Source: Aeriscardovia sp.
Lineage (GTDB): Bacteria; Actinomycetota; Actinomycetes; Actinomycetales; Bifidobacteriaceae
DNA: 64,000 nucleotides
Assembly: GCA_017632945.1 (NCBI GenBank)
Contig: JAGBQH010000001.1
Span: forward strand, 6,198 to 70,197
Reading direction: 5' to 3'
Under the pieces are notes generated by a model that saw only the letters and a program-made list of their open reading frames with translations, was not told the origin of the DNA and ran no database searches. Position numbers and translations under genes: made by a program. The stretch's first letter is position 1. The number at the start of each line of letters is the position of its first letter. Of this stretch, positions 1-9,280 are shown in pieces.

Positions 1-389
1 TACCAGACGACGTTGGAAGTAGGAGCCTGCTCATTTGGCCAGTCCTGGGCAAGGACGTTGCTAAAGCCCTGATTTTTCAAAGTATTTCTGTTTTGGCCTG
101 CAAGGCCAGAGACCTGGGTGGCATTGTAGACTATGACGACCGTCCCTTTGTCTACCGGAGAACCCATAGGCTGGAGGGCTTCCGCCCCGTGCTGGCTGTT
201 TCTTATCGCCACTTCGCTCCACACCGCCCATGCTCCGCAACCGAAGGCCAGGGCCACACACAGGGCTATAAAGTAGGGCAGGAATCTGGACCACTTGCTT
301 TTCATCCCTCTGTGGGCACCTACGGGTCCTGCGGGAGGGGTTTCAAATTCGTCGTTGAATCCGGAATCCCCCTTGGAGCTGGAAGCCAT
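1..389 (-). CDS. LytR_C-domain membrane protein, 3' end cut by window edge (not in the ORF track)
   Basis: Manual minus-strand translation from ATG at 389: MASSSKGDSGFNDEFETPPAGP..MKSKWSRFLPYFIALCVALAFGCGAWAV (TM helix)...GTVVIVYNATQVSGLAGQNRNTLKNQGFSNV. The V-Y-N-(A/G)-T..GLA...L...GF pattern is typical of LytR C-terminal domains. The frame stays open to position 1. Confidence 0.55.
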   Translation of the reverse strand, partial: MASSSKGDSGFNDEFETPPAGPVGAHRGMKSKWSRFLPYFIALCVALAFGCGAWAVWSEVAIRNSQHGAEALQPMGSPVDKGTVVIVYNATQVSGLAGQNRNTLKNQGFSNVLAQDWPNEQAPTSNVVW

Positions 390-480
390 GGGCACCTCTT
401 TCAAAGTCGAGCACTTTAATACTCTAAGCCTCAGATCTTATATTATTTGCCCTAGGAATACTAAAAAGCGAGGTTGAAAT

Positions 481-1206
481 ATGGCTGCAAGAAAAGATTT
501 GGAAGAATTGATGGATCCCTCATGGGCCAAAGCCCTCGCCCCGGCAGAAGATAAAATACGCGACATTGGCAATTTTTTGCGCCATGAGGCAAATGAAGGA
601 AAACGCTACCTGCCAGCTCCAAACCGGATTTTCAGAGCCTTTCGCATCCCCATGGACAAAGTAAAAGTCTTAATAGTGGGCCAGGACCCCTATCCCAATA
701 TTTCAGATGCCGTGGGACTGGCCTTCTCCGTGGAAAAAGGGGCCAAAATCCCGGCAAGCCTTCAAAACATATATCGGGAGATGAGAGAAGACATAGGATC
801 GTGCCCGAAAGACGGCGACCTCTCTTTTTGGGCTTCCCAGGGGGTAATGCTTTTAAACAGATGCCTTACGGTGCAGGAGGGGGTGAGAGGAAGCCACAAG
901 GGAAGAGGATGGGAGGAAGTGACGGAACTGGCCATAAGGGCCCTCGTGCGGGAAAAGACCTCCGAAGGGCAAACGAAACTTGTGGCGATTTTGTGGGGAA
1001 GGGATGCTAGAAACCTAAGGCCGGAGCTGGGAAGCTCTGTTGTAATAGAGTCGGCCCACCCTTCTCCCCTTTCGTGCCAGAAGGGCTTTTTCGGTTCTAG
1101 GCCCTTCTCAAAGGCAAATAAAGCTTTAGAGCAAATGGGGCTAAGCCCCATAGACTGGAGCGGGGAAGGAAAAGAAATTTATGCTCCGGGTCTTAAAATC
1201 GTTTAG
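481..1206 (+). CDS. ung: Uracil-DNA glycosylase, family 1
   Basis: Motifs VLIVGQDPYP and AHPSPLS; length 241 aa. Confidence 0.93.
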   Translation: MAARKDLEELMDPSWAKALAPAEDKIRDIGNFLRHEANEGKRYLPAPNRIFRAFRIPMDKVKVLIVGQDPYPNISDAVGLAFSVEKGAKIPASLQNIYREMREDIGSCPKDGDLSFWASQGVMLLNRCLTVQEGVRGSHKGRGWEEVTELAIRALVREKTSEGQTKLVAILWGRDARNLRPELGSSVVIESAHPSPLSCQKGFFGSRPFSKANKALEQMGLSPIDWSGEGKEIYAPGLKIV

Positions 1207-1252
1207 TACAAACAGAGATCGTGCAGTTAGAAAGGCTTTGTAGAGTAGAAAC

Positions 1253-2281
1253 ATGTCACTTTTTCCCTCTTCTCCCGCCTCCGAAGACAAGACCGCTTTA
1301 AGCAGTAAAGAGATCGATCGGGCCTCAATCGCGATTAAAATTCTGCGCGAAGGATTCGCTTCACAGGTTATCGGCCAAATCGATTTAAGAGAAACTCTCA
1401 TAGCGGCCCTGGTGGCAGGAGGGCACGTGCTGATAGAATCCGTGCCGGGACTTGCCAAGACTACCGCGGCCCAGACCCTGGCCCAGGCGGTTTCCGGTAC
1501 TTTCAAACGCATACAGTGCACTCCAGATCTCATGCCCTCGGATTTGGTGGGAACTCAGATTTTTGATTTTCAGACCCAGTGCCTCATTACCCAGATTGGC
1601 CCTATAAACGCCAATTTCGTCCTGCTGGACGAAATTAACCGCTCCAGCGCAAAAACGCAGTCGGCAATGCTGGAAGCTATGGCTGAAAATGCCGTAACCA
1701 TAGGAGGGGAAAGGATAGATCTGCCCGACCCCTTCATGGTCATAGCCACCCAAAACCCCATAGAAGAAGAGGGAACCTACAACCTGCCCGAAGCCCAGAT
1801 GGACAGATTTTTGATGAAGGCCGTGATGTCATACCCCTCGGAGGAAGAAGAGCAGCAAATCTTGGACCTCGTAATTTCCAGGGGAAAAGATCGCTTCGAC
1901 CCGCACTTTGCCCAGAAAATTGACACGAGCGATGTTAAGTTTCTAAGGTCCGCCGCTAAGAAAGTGCACGTCAGCCAACAAGTCATAAAATACGCCGTAG
2001 ACCTAGTAGAGACTACTCGAGGCGAAGGGAGCAAACCCATAAGGGGGCTGCACCAAATTGTAAGGCTTGGAGCTTCCCCGAGGGCTTCTATAGCCCTCAT
2101 AAGGGTAGGGCAGGCATCGGCCCTCATGCAGGGCAGAGATTACGTTGTTCCGGAAGACATGAAGTACTTTGCCTCCAATATTTTGCGCCACCGCATACTT
2201 CTTACTTTCGAAGCTCTTGCCGACGGCCTTACAAGCGATGAAGTGATAGCTAAAGTACTGGAGGTGGTACCGGTTCCATGA
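1253..2281 (+). CDS. MoxR-family AAA+ ATPase
   Basis: Walker A VPGLAKTT, Walker B VLLDEINR, ATQNPIEEEGTYNLPEAQMDRF, GASPRASIAL; 342 aa. Confidence 0.93.
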   Translation: MSLFPSSPASEDKTALSSKEIDRASIAIKILREGFASQVIGQIDLRETLIAALVAGGHVLIESVPGLAKTTAAQTLAQAVSGTFKRIQCTPDLMPSDLVGTQIFDFQTQCLITQIGPINANFVLLDEINRSSAKTQSAMLEAMAENAVTIGGERIDLPDPFMVIATQNPIEEEGTYNLPEAQMDRFLMKAVMSYPSEEEEQQILDLVISRGKDRFDPHFAQKIDTSDVKFLRSAAKKVHVSQQVIKYAVDLVETTRGEGSKPIRGLHQIVRLGASPRASIALIRVGQASALMQGRDYVVPEDMKYFASNILRHRILLTFEALADGLTSDEVIAKVLEVVPVP

Positions 2282-3195
2282 GCCAAAAGGATCCTTTAAG
2301 GGCAAAGATAGAGGCTTTCGGATCCAGGCTTTCGCTTCCAACCGCCATAAAGACCCTGGGCTCCCTAGAGGGGGAACACGCTTCTAGGCAGAAGGGCGGG
2401 GGCTATGACTACTCCGACCTTAGGCCTTACGAACCCGGAGAAAGTGTTCAGTTTGTAGACTGGAAGGCCTCCGGAAGGAGCGGAAGGCCGATAGTGGTAA
2501 ACAAGCAAAGGGAGGTAACCTCCACCCTCTGGCTCATCCTCGATGCCTCCGCCCAGATGGGGGGCACGGCCCGCGGAAGGGAAACGCTGCTTACAGTAGC
2601 TGCCAATGCACTGAGGATGTTTGCGGCGGTAAGCCTTAAAAGAAGCGACGACATTTCGCTGGTCTTAGCTGACAGCCAGACAATCTCGCGCATTCCTTTC
2701 AACGGGGGGTATCAAAAATTCGACAGCGTGCTGGAGGCAGCGCTAAAGGACTTAAAGCCGGCCGAGAGGGATTTTACTTCCCTACTGCAGTACGTTCAGG
2801 GCATAAGGCAGAGCAAGGGCCTGATAGTGATAGCAACAGATGACGGAGCTATGGACTCCAGGCACGAGCCGCTTATCGCCTCCATTTCCCAGAGGCACAC
2901 CGTAATTTTTGTTTCGGTAGAGCCCATAAATCCCTTCGATCCCGACAATCAGGATGTGCAGGACGCCTCTTCGGGAAGGTATATGCCCTCCTTCCTTCAA
3001 AGCAAGACCCTCTCCAGGGAGATAGATGCCAGAAGCAAAGTTCTGGCCAACGCTTTTGAAAAGGCGCTTGTAAGGCACGGAGACGTGCTTTTAAGAGCCG
3101 GGAGCAGTGAGGAAATGCTTTCTACCTTCATCCACTTTGTGGGCCAGAGGCTGCGCGGCCCCAAACCTCAAAGGTCTAGCCTGCTCAGGAGTTAG
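2278..3195 (+). CDS. DUF58-family protein (MoxR partner, VWA-like fold)
   Basis: DYSDLRPYEPGESVQFVDWKASGRSGRPIVVNK is the DUF58 signature. ATGA overlap with the MoxR stop. Confidence 0.85.
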   Translation: MSQKDPLRAKIEAFGSRLSLPTAIKTLGSLEGEHASRQKGGGYDYSDLRPYEPGESVQFVDWKASGRSGRPIVVNKQREVTSTLWLILDASAQMGGTARGRETLLTVAANALRMFAAVSLKRSDDISLVLADSQTISRIPFNGGYQKFDSVLEAALKDLKPAERDFTSLLQYVQGIRQSKGLIVIATDDGAMDSRHEPLIASISQRHTVIFVSVEPINPFDPDNQDVQDASSGRYMPSFLQSKTLSREIDARSKVLANAFEKALVRHGDVLLRAGSSEEMLSTFIHFVGQRLRGPKPQRSSLLRS

Positions 3196-3198
3196 AGC

Positions 3199-3693
3199 GT
3201 GAAAATAAATGCGAGTGCGGTCCCCTCTTTGGGTTATAGCCCTGCCCTTATGGCTATAGGCATAATAGCCTTAATTTTAACCGTGGCCGTTATAGCCCTT
3301 CCCCTATTAATCCCCCCAAAGGCCAAGGAGGACAATGCCGGCAGGCATAACGAGAAAAAGGATGCCTCCGAATGGGTAGAAAAAGTCGAGGAGATAAAGC
3401 AAAAGTACTCCAAAGGGGAAGTAGAAGAAGTGGAAGCCTACGCCATGCTCTCGCGCGTGGCAAGGGAATTTGTCTCCGAAGAGATGGACCTGAACCTCTA
3501 CTCCAAGACCCTTCGCGATCTTGAGTGGGCGCCGGTAGGCAATAAAAAGAGGTACGATCTGTTCAGACAGACCATTTCCGCTTTATACCCCCCCGAATAC
3601 GCGAATGCGGAAAGCGACAGGGCGGCAGATGAAGCCACGGTTGAAAGCGCAGCCAACTGGGTAGAAGACCTTATAAGCAGGTGGAACTCGTGA
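3199..3693 (+). CDS. Single-TM protein, DUF4381-like by position in a Bat-type operon
   Basis: GTG start 3 nt after the DUF58 stop; N-terminal TM helix (LMAIGIIALILTVAVIALPLLI) followed by a charged helical region. The family call rests on operon context only. Confidence 0.55.
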   Translation: MKINASAVPSLGYSPALMAIGIIALILTVAVIALPLLIPPKAKEDNAGRHNEKKDASEWVEKVEEIKQKYSKGEVEEVEAYAMLSRVAREFVSEEMDLNLYSKTLRDLEWAPVGNKKRYDLFRQTISALYPPEYANAESDRAADEATVESAANWVEDLISRWNS

Positions 3694-4835
3694 GCGGCAT
3701 TACTCTCAGGTGGCCATGGGCTTTGCTGGTGGGAGGCATACTCCTTCTGATACTTCTCGTCCTGGTTTTCTGGTTCACCAGAAAAAAGTACCTAAAGCCT
3801 GATGCCGCTAAAATCCTTAGCTCCAAAGAAAGGCTGAAAACCACCCTCCAAGCCCTGGGAAACAAGCACCGAAAACAGACGCCGGGCATACGCCTTCTTA
3901 GCTGGGGCCTTAAAACCAGGCTGAAGGGAACGGCTTGGAGCCAGTACAGGACGTACAAAGCCCTTGTGATTTCATGCACAACTTTGGCCCTTTTGGCCTT
4001 CGGATGCTCGGTGGGATTAGTTTCAAGGCCGAGCTCAGTAGAAAAACTTCAGACTTCCAGCGTATCTAGAAATATCGTGTTGTGTCTGGATGTGTCAGGC
4101 TCCGCCCTCCCTTTTGACGAACAGGTTATATCCAGTTACCTTCAGCTCGTCTCAAAGTTCAAAACGGAAAGAATCGGAATGAGCATTTTCAATTCCACTT
4201 CCAAAACCGTTTTCCCCCTGACAGACGACTACAAGCTGGTTACAAGCGAACTGGACAGCGCCCTTACAGCCCTCAAAGGAGTGGTCAACCAAACCAGTAT
4301 CAACAACATGACCACCCAGCAGTACCAGGACATAAATAATTTCCTTTCCGGCACCGATAATATGAAGGGATCTAGCTCCCTTATAGGAGACGGGCTGGTA
4401 AGCTGCGAAAATATGCTGCCGGGATTTAGCGCTTCGGCCCAGACCCAGCAGGCCAGGGTGACGCCGGCCTCCATAGTTTTGGCCACAGATAACATTCTTG
4501 CCGGAAGGCCCATCTATACTCTCCACCAGGCCGTCAGGCTGGCCAAGTTAAATTCCATCAGGGTGGACGGACTGTACATAGGTCCAAACTCCAGCCTTTC
4601 CACTCCGGACGCCCAGGCCTTTAAGCAGCAGATAGATTGGGAAGGCGGATCTTTCTTTTCCAGGCAGAACGGACAATCGGTAGAAGAGCTGGTGCAAAGC
4701 ATAGAAGATCAGAAAATAACGCAGAAAACAAAGGCGCAAACGGTGGATATAACCGATAACCCGGACATATGGGTAATAGTCCTTGTGGCACTGATCTGTG
4801 TACTGTTCCTGCTTTTAGGATGGGTAAGAAGGTGA
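3681..4835 (+). CDS. Membrane-anchored von Willebrand factor A protein (BatA-like)
   Basis: N- and C-terminal TM helices. MIDAS motif VLCLDVSGS and later ATDN. 13-nt overlap with the upstream gene. Confidence 0.8.
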   Translation: MELVSGITLRWPWALLVGGILLLILLVLVFWFTRKKYLKPDAAKILSSKERLKTTLQALGNKHRKQTPGIRLLSWGLKTRLKGTAWSQYRTYKALVISCTTLALLAFGCSVGLVSRPSSVEKLQTSSVSRNIVLCLDVSGSALPFDEQVISSYLQLVSKFKTERIGMSIFNSTSKTVFPLTDDYKLVTSELDSALTALKGVVNQTSINNMTTQQYQDINNFLSGTDNMKGSSSLIGDGLVSCENMLPGFSASAQTQQARVTPASIVLATDNILAGRPIYTLHQAVRLAKLNSIRVDGLYIGPNSSLSTPDAQAFKQQIDWEGGSFFSRQNGQSVEELVQSIEDQKITQKTKAQTVDITDNPDIWVIVLVALICVLFLLLGWVRR

Positions 4836-5863
4836 GCGGATTGGACTTTATACCCCTTTTACACAGCTGGCTTCTTACCATCCTTTTAGACATCCTCATC
4901 CTCGTTTGCTGCGGAACCGGATTTTTAATCTTTTGGAAACACAGAAATTCTTCCGATTCTACGCACTTGGACTGGCTGCGCCGCTGGCTCATAGCGATTT
5001 TCGCCATACTTTTGACTTTGGGGCCCACAGTCGTCACTTCTTCTTCTTCCAGCGCCATCTCGGATACAGACGTTTTCTTTGCGGTGGATGTGACCGGTTC
5101 TATGGCCGTAGATGATGCCCACTACGGGTCCAATCAAACTATTCCTAGAATTCAGGCAGCTAAAGACGCAGTGGAAAACCTGGTGTCGATGTACCCGGGG
5201 GCCTCTTTTGCAGGCGTCACCTTCGGAGCCTCGGCTTCTTTGGCCCTTCCCCCCACAGCGGACGTGGGGGCCGTGCAAAACTGGCTGAAGGTGCTCGAAG
5301 TAGAACCTACGGACGCCTCCAACGGAACGCAGTTAAGCGAGCCGGTAGACACCTTGCTTTTGGCAATGCAAAAGGTTAAAAGGGAGGATCCTAGAAACAT
5401 AATCGTTCTTTACTACATATCGGACGGAGAACAGACAAGGGATGTAGCGGCCTCTTCCTTCTCTCCCTTGCGCCAGTTTGTAGATGCGGGAGCGGCCCTT
5501 GGCGTAGGAAGCACCCAAGGAGGCAAAGTACCCTTTATTTCGCCCCAGGACCTTACAAGCGGTCAAGGTTCTTCCCCCCGCTACTTAGACGAACCCGGAT
5601 CTTCTACCCCAGCCATTTCCAAAATGAATCCCCAAAACCTGGAAGAAATTGCAGATCAGTTCTCCGGAACCTATCTGCACCTTGACCAAAGCACTACGGT
5701 AGCCTCCCTTTCTTCCTATACTTCCCACAGGTATCTGGTGAGGGAGACGGATCGCAAACACTCCATGCGAGATATTCAGGTTTGGCCTCTGGCCATAGTT
5801 ATGGCCCTTCTCCTTTTGTGGGAGTGCGGAGCAGATATTTTCAAGCAAAGGAAATACCAGTGA
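4820..5863 (+). CDS. Membrane-anchored von Willebrand factor A protein (BatB-like)
   Basis: MIDAS FFAVDVTGSM, YYISDGEQT, terminal TM helix. Start is either ATG 4820 or GTG 4832 (GTGA overlap); the track's 4769 start is probably too long. Confidence 0.78.
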   Translation: MGKKVSGLDFIPLLHSWLLTILLDILILVCCGTGFLIFWKHRNSSDSTHLDWLRRWLIAIFAILLTLGPTVVTSSSSSAISDTDVFFAVDVTGSMAVDDAHYGSNQTIPRIQAAKDAVENLVSMYPGASFAGVTFGASASLALPPTADVGAVQNWLKVLEVEPTDASNGTQLSEPVDTLLLAMQKVKREDPRNIIVLYYISDGEQTRDVAASSFSPLRQFVDAGAALGVGSTQGGKVPFISPQDLTSGQGSSPRYLDEPGSSTPAISKMNPQNLEEIADQFSGTYLHLDQSTTVASLSSYTSHRYLVRETDRKHSMRDIQVWPLAIVMALLLLWECGADIFKQRKYQ

Positions 5864-6432
5864 AAAAGCGGGAAAACAGGCTAAGGAGGAGCGGAAAAAC
5901 AAAACTGCCCCGCTGGAGGGCGGTGGTGTCAATAGTCGGAGGGCTGGCACTGGCCTTCCTCACCTACTTCTTCTTCTTAAACTGGAGCGTGGTCAAAAAC
6001 TTTGATGCGACAAGCGCACTCTTGAAAGGGGACATCCTCGCCTTGCAGCTGGCAAATCCAAATTTAGATTCCTTAAAGGCGTCCCAGGCCCAGGTTCTCT
6101 CCCAGCTTTACCAGGAACAGGAAACCTCCGCTCTTCAGTTTCCTTCTTCTAAAAAAGCTATAGCCAAGGCGATAGAAATAGCCAACCAGGTAAACCAGGA
6201 GATAGATCTGCGCTATAAGTCGTCCTCCCCTTCTTCCCTTTCCAGCTCTTCTGCCCAGTCCTCTTCCTCCTCCCAGTCCACTCAGCAAATGACTCAGGAA
6301 AGGCAAGAAGAAGCCCAAAGCCAGCAAAAGCTAAATTCCCTCCTTTCTTCAAACACTCTCAACCCCTCCTCTTCTTCGGCTGACTCTTCTACTGCCGTGC
6401 CTCAAAGCCAAAAGGTGACAAAGCCATGGTAG
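5860..6432 (+). CDS. Single-TM protein with a Ser/Gln-rich tail (occupies the BatC/BatD position)
   Basis: GTG at 5860 overlaps the previous TGA (GTGA). Basic N-terminus, TM helix VVSIVGGLALAFLTYFFFL, then a low-complexity SSSPSSLSSSSAQSSSSSQS region. Confidence 0.55.
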   Translation: MKKRENRLRRSGKTKLPRWRAVVSIVGGLALAFLTYFFFLNWSVVKNFDATSALLKGDILALQLANPNLDSLKASQAQVLSQLYQEQETSALQFPSSKKAIAKAIEIANQVNQEIDLRYKSSSPSSLSSSSAQSSSSSQSTQQMTQERQEEAQSQQKLNSLLSSNTLNPSSSSADSSTAVPQSQKVTKPW

Positions 6433-8855
6433 GCAAAAAAAAGGAGATCAAAGAAGCAAAGGTCGCAGATCTTAAAGGCGCCACAATCATAGACCGGGCT
6501 CCTAAGCGCATGAGAGACTGGGGGGATTTGGCAAAGCTATCTATTTTTCTCATTCTCTCCGCCCTGGTGGTTATAAGTTCTCTTTGGCTGAAAAACACTA
6601 CAAATAGCATAGAAAGTGACGTGAAGAGGGTCTCCTACCCCTTTTCATGGCTGGTCCTCCTCCCCCTCTCCCTCCTTTTCAACATAGTTTTGTCGGCCAT
6701 AGTGATAGCCGTTTTTATCCAGCTTCTTTTTAAGAGGATGTGGATTCCAGCCCTCTCTTCAGCCCTGGCGCTCATATGCGGCTTTTGCGTCTCGGTAATC
6801 TGCGCCCATCTGTTTTTCATCTACCGTCTAGACAGCTTCCTGGGGGCAGGATCGTCTTTTAGGGCCGGAAGCTCTGATGCTACTTTGACCGTCATGGCCT
6901 TCCTTACGGCCTCAAACGGAAGGAGTATGAGAAATAAGCTGGGCTGGGCATGGAAGGTGTACTACTGCGCTTTGGCGATCGTAGTCATAGCCTCCCTTTC
7001 CACGGTCCCTGCCGCCCTTATGGCTATTTTTACCGGAGCGTGGATAGGTATGGCCTTCAGGCTGGCCTTCGGAACTCCGGGATCGGGGGCATGGGGAGAG
7101 CAGCTGGCCGTGGGGCTGGCGGGATGCGGAATGCAAGTGGAAAGGCTGGAGAGGATTGAACCCTCCTCCCCGCAAAAAATCTGCTGCGACGGAGCAAAGC
7201 GCTCAAGGTATTATTCCCTTTCTTCAAAAGGGAAAAGCTACCTTATGGTCGTAAATGACGAGCAGCAGCATTCCCTTAGGTACCTAAAGCAGATGTGGGA
7301 TGCTGTAAAAATGGAAGGGCTGACCATCCGACATGACAGATCTGTAGAAGCCATGGCAGAGCGCCACTACGCAATCCTTCTCGACTTGAAAGATGTGGGG
7401 ACCCCGGCGCCCAGGGCGGCCAGGGTGGGATCTGTTTCAGATTCAGCTTTTATGGTATTCGATCTTCCTTCTTCGCCCTCTTCTCTCATCACTTCCTCCA
7501 CCATGGAAGAATCAGACATCAAATCCCTCGTTTCCTACTTAAATTCCCTTCACGAAAAGGGCATCACCCATCGAAATATTTCTCCTTCCTCTCTGGCCAG
7601 AAACGGAGATGGAGAGCCCTTCCTCATAGGTTGGGCCGGAGGAGACGTTATTTCCGGCTCAGCCCATAAAAAAATCGACATGGTTCAGCTTTTGGCCGTT
7701 TTGTCTACTTTCGGGGGAGTGGAAAAGACGGTGGAGATCGCAAAGGAGGTACTGGGGGCTTCTGCACTTGCGACCCTTTTCCCTTATGCCCAGACCATTG
7801 TTATTCCAAAATCTACAAGAAGGGAAAAGGGATGGCGAAAAAAGGTCTTAAAGCCGCTTAAAAGCGCTTTAGAGGGCATTGCAAGGGATGAAGATAAAAT
7901 GCTTCAGACCGTCAGGCTGGCCAGGTTCAATATAAGGCGCTTCATTACAGTTCTTCTGGTCACAATAGCCCTAATCGTCGTCTTTACCCAGCTCAATTTC
8001 AAGCAGGTCATAAAGGCCATAGAAGGGGCAAACCCATGGTGGTCTTTGGCGGCCTGCGCTATAGGACTTGTGGCTTGGACAGGCTCAGCTACGGCTTTTG
8101 GCGTCTTTATAGACAAGTCAAAAAGAAAAAGGCACCATCTTGGAATTTTAGGCACCCAGGCCGTGGCCAGCTTTGCTGCGGTATCTATGCCTGCCATAGC
8201 CGGCCCGATAGCTGTAAACATCACTTTCCTGAGGAAAATCGGCTACAGCAACACCGAGGCTACTGCCATAGCCAGCGCCGATACCGTCACTGAATTTTCC
8301 ACCACCATCCTGATGTTTATAATCCTCGGATTCTTTACAGGTCAAAACGTCTTTCACAACCTCATCCCCAACAAGATGATAATCATTGTCACTGCCGGGG
8401 TTTTGGCAGGGCTTGTGGCCTTGGCTATGGCGATAAAGCCTGTAAGGGACTGGATTAGGAAAAAATGCCTTCCGGTTCTAAAGTCATACGGATCCATGCT
8501 GGGAAAGCTTCTCTCCCACCCCCTTACCCTCTTAATTTCCATGGCGGGATCCATCGTTCAAAACACCGCTTTGGACATGGCCTTCTGGTTCTCCCTTCTG
8601 GCCTTTGGGTACCACCTAAACTTTGTAGAGACCCTTTTCCTGTTTCTCTTTGCAAACGGGGTGGGATCTGCCGTCCCAACTCCCGGGGGACTGGGAGCGA
8701 TAGAGACGGTGCTTTCCACTACCTTTATAGGCATAGGGGTTCCGGGGGCGATAGCGGTGTCTGCAACGCTGCTTTTCCGCCTCGCCACCTACTGGCTGAG
8801 GATGGCTCTGGGCGCCCTTTATATGAAATACATGGAAAAAAAGCAGCTATTGTAA
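6426..8855 (+). CDS. 809-aa polytopic membrane protein: N-terminal TM bundle, degenerate kinase-like domain, C-terminal LPG_synthase_TM/UPF0104 flippase-like domain
   Basis: ATG overlaps the upstream stop. The central segment has a kinase-like catalytic loop ITHRNISPSSL (7563..7595), with Asn where Hanks kinases have Asp, and no DFG. The C-terminal ~300 aa are multi-TM with GGLGAIE, typical of the UPF0104/MprF TM family. Confidence 0.7.
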   Translation: MVGKKKEIKEAKVADLKGATIIDRAPKRMRDWGDLAKLSIFLILSALVVISSLWLKNTTNSIESDVKRVSYPFSWLVLLPLSLLFNIVLSAIVIAVFIQLLFKRMWIPALSSALALICGFCVSVICAHLFFIYRLDSFLGAGSSFRAGSSDATLTVMAFLTASNGRSMRNKLGWAWKVYYCALAIVVIASLSTVPAALMAIFTGAWIGMAFRLAFGTPGSGAWGEQLAVGLAGCGMQVERLERIEPSSPQKICCDGAKRSRYYSLSSKGKSYLMVVNDEQQHSLRYLKQMWDAVKMEGLTIRHDRSVEAMAERHYAILLDLKDVGTPAPRAARVGSVSDSAFMVFDLPSSPSSLITSSTMEESDIKSLVSYLNSLHEKGITHRNISPSSLARNGDGEPFLIGWAGGDVISGSAHKKIDMVQLLAVLSTFGGVEKTVEIAKEVLGASALATLFPYAQTIVIPKSTRREKGWRKKVLKPLKSALEGIARDEDKMLQTVRLARFNIRRFITVLLVTIALIVVFTQLNFKQVIKAIEGANPWWSLAACAIGLVAWTGSATAFGVFIDKSKRKRHHLGILGTQAVASFAAVSMPAIAGPIAVNITFLRKIGYSNTEATAIASADTVTEFSTTILMFIILGFFTGQNVFHNLIPNKMIIIVTAGVLAGLVALAMAIKPVRDWIRKKCLPVLKSYGSMLGKLLSHPLTLLISMAGSIVQNTALDMAFWFSLLAFGYHLNFVETLFLFLFANGVGSAVPTPGGLGAIETVLSTTFIGIGVPGAIAVSATLLFRLATYWLRMALGALYMKYMEKKQLL

Positions 8856-8918
8856 TTTTTATCCGAAGTGAGTTTATTATGTTTATGAAAGTCGAACTTT
8901 GAAAGTAAAGGAAGACAA

Positions 8919-9212
8919 ATGGACAAGTACTACGGGAAAACCGAGATAACAGCCAGCGTGGCCGAAAAGACTGGCCTTTCTCGCGAGGAAGCGAAAAAGG
9001 CCGTAGATGCCTTCTTGGACACCCTCCTCGAATGCGCAGAGAAAGGCGTGGATGTGCGTCTGGCTGGTTACTTCAGCCTCGAAAAAGTGACAAGGGCTGC
9101 CAGAAGCGGACGAAATCCGCAGACGGGCGAGGCTATGGAAATTCCCGCAAGGGAAGTTTTGAAGATCACTCCCGGTAAAACCCTCAAGGACGCCGTACAG
9201 GGCAAAAAGTAA
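8919..9212 (+). CDS. hup: HU-family DNA-binding protein
   Basis: GYFSLEKVTRAARSGRNPQTGEAMEIPAREVLKITPGKTLKDAV is the HU beta-arm signature; 97 aa; RBS AAGGAAG. Confidence 0.9.
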   Translation: MDKYYGKTEITASVAEKTGLSREEAKKAVDAFLDTLLECAEKGVDVRLAGYFSLEKVTRAARSGRNPQTGEAMEIPAREVLKITPGKTLKDAVQGKK

Positions 9213-9245
9213 ATTTTATTAGGCTTAAAAGACCTGTAATTTAAT

Positions 9246-9280
9246 AGGGGAGAGGGCTAAAAGAATTTGGCCTCTCCCCT
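9246..9280 (+). terminator. Possible hairpin terminator after hup, overlapping the 3' end of convergent fmt
   Basis: Perfect 10-bp stem AGGGGAGAGG / CCTCTCCCCT with a 15-nt loop, 34 nt after the hup stop. There is no clear T-tract. Confidence 0.3.

Noticed and set aside
61-419. Track ORFs 61..294(-) and 93..419(+) at the window start
   Set aside because: A different minus frame (1..389) gives a coherent LytR_C-type protein with a TM helix. The listed ORFs have odd composition and are most likely shadows.
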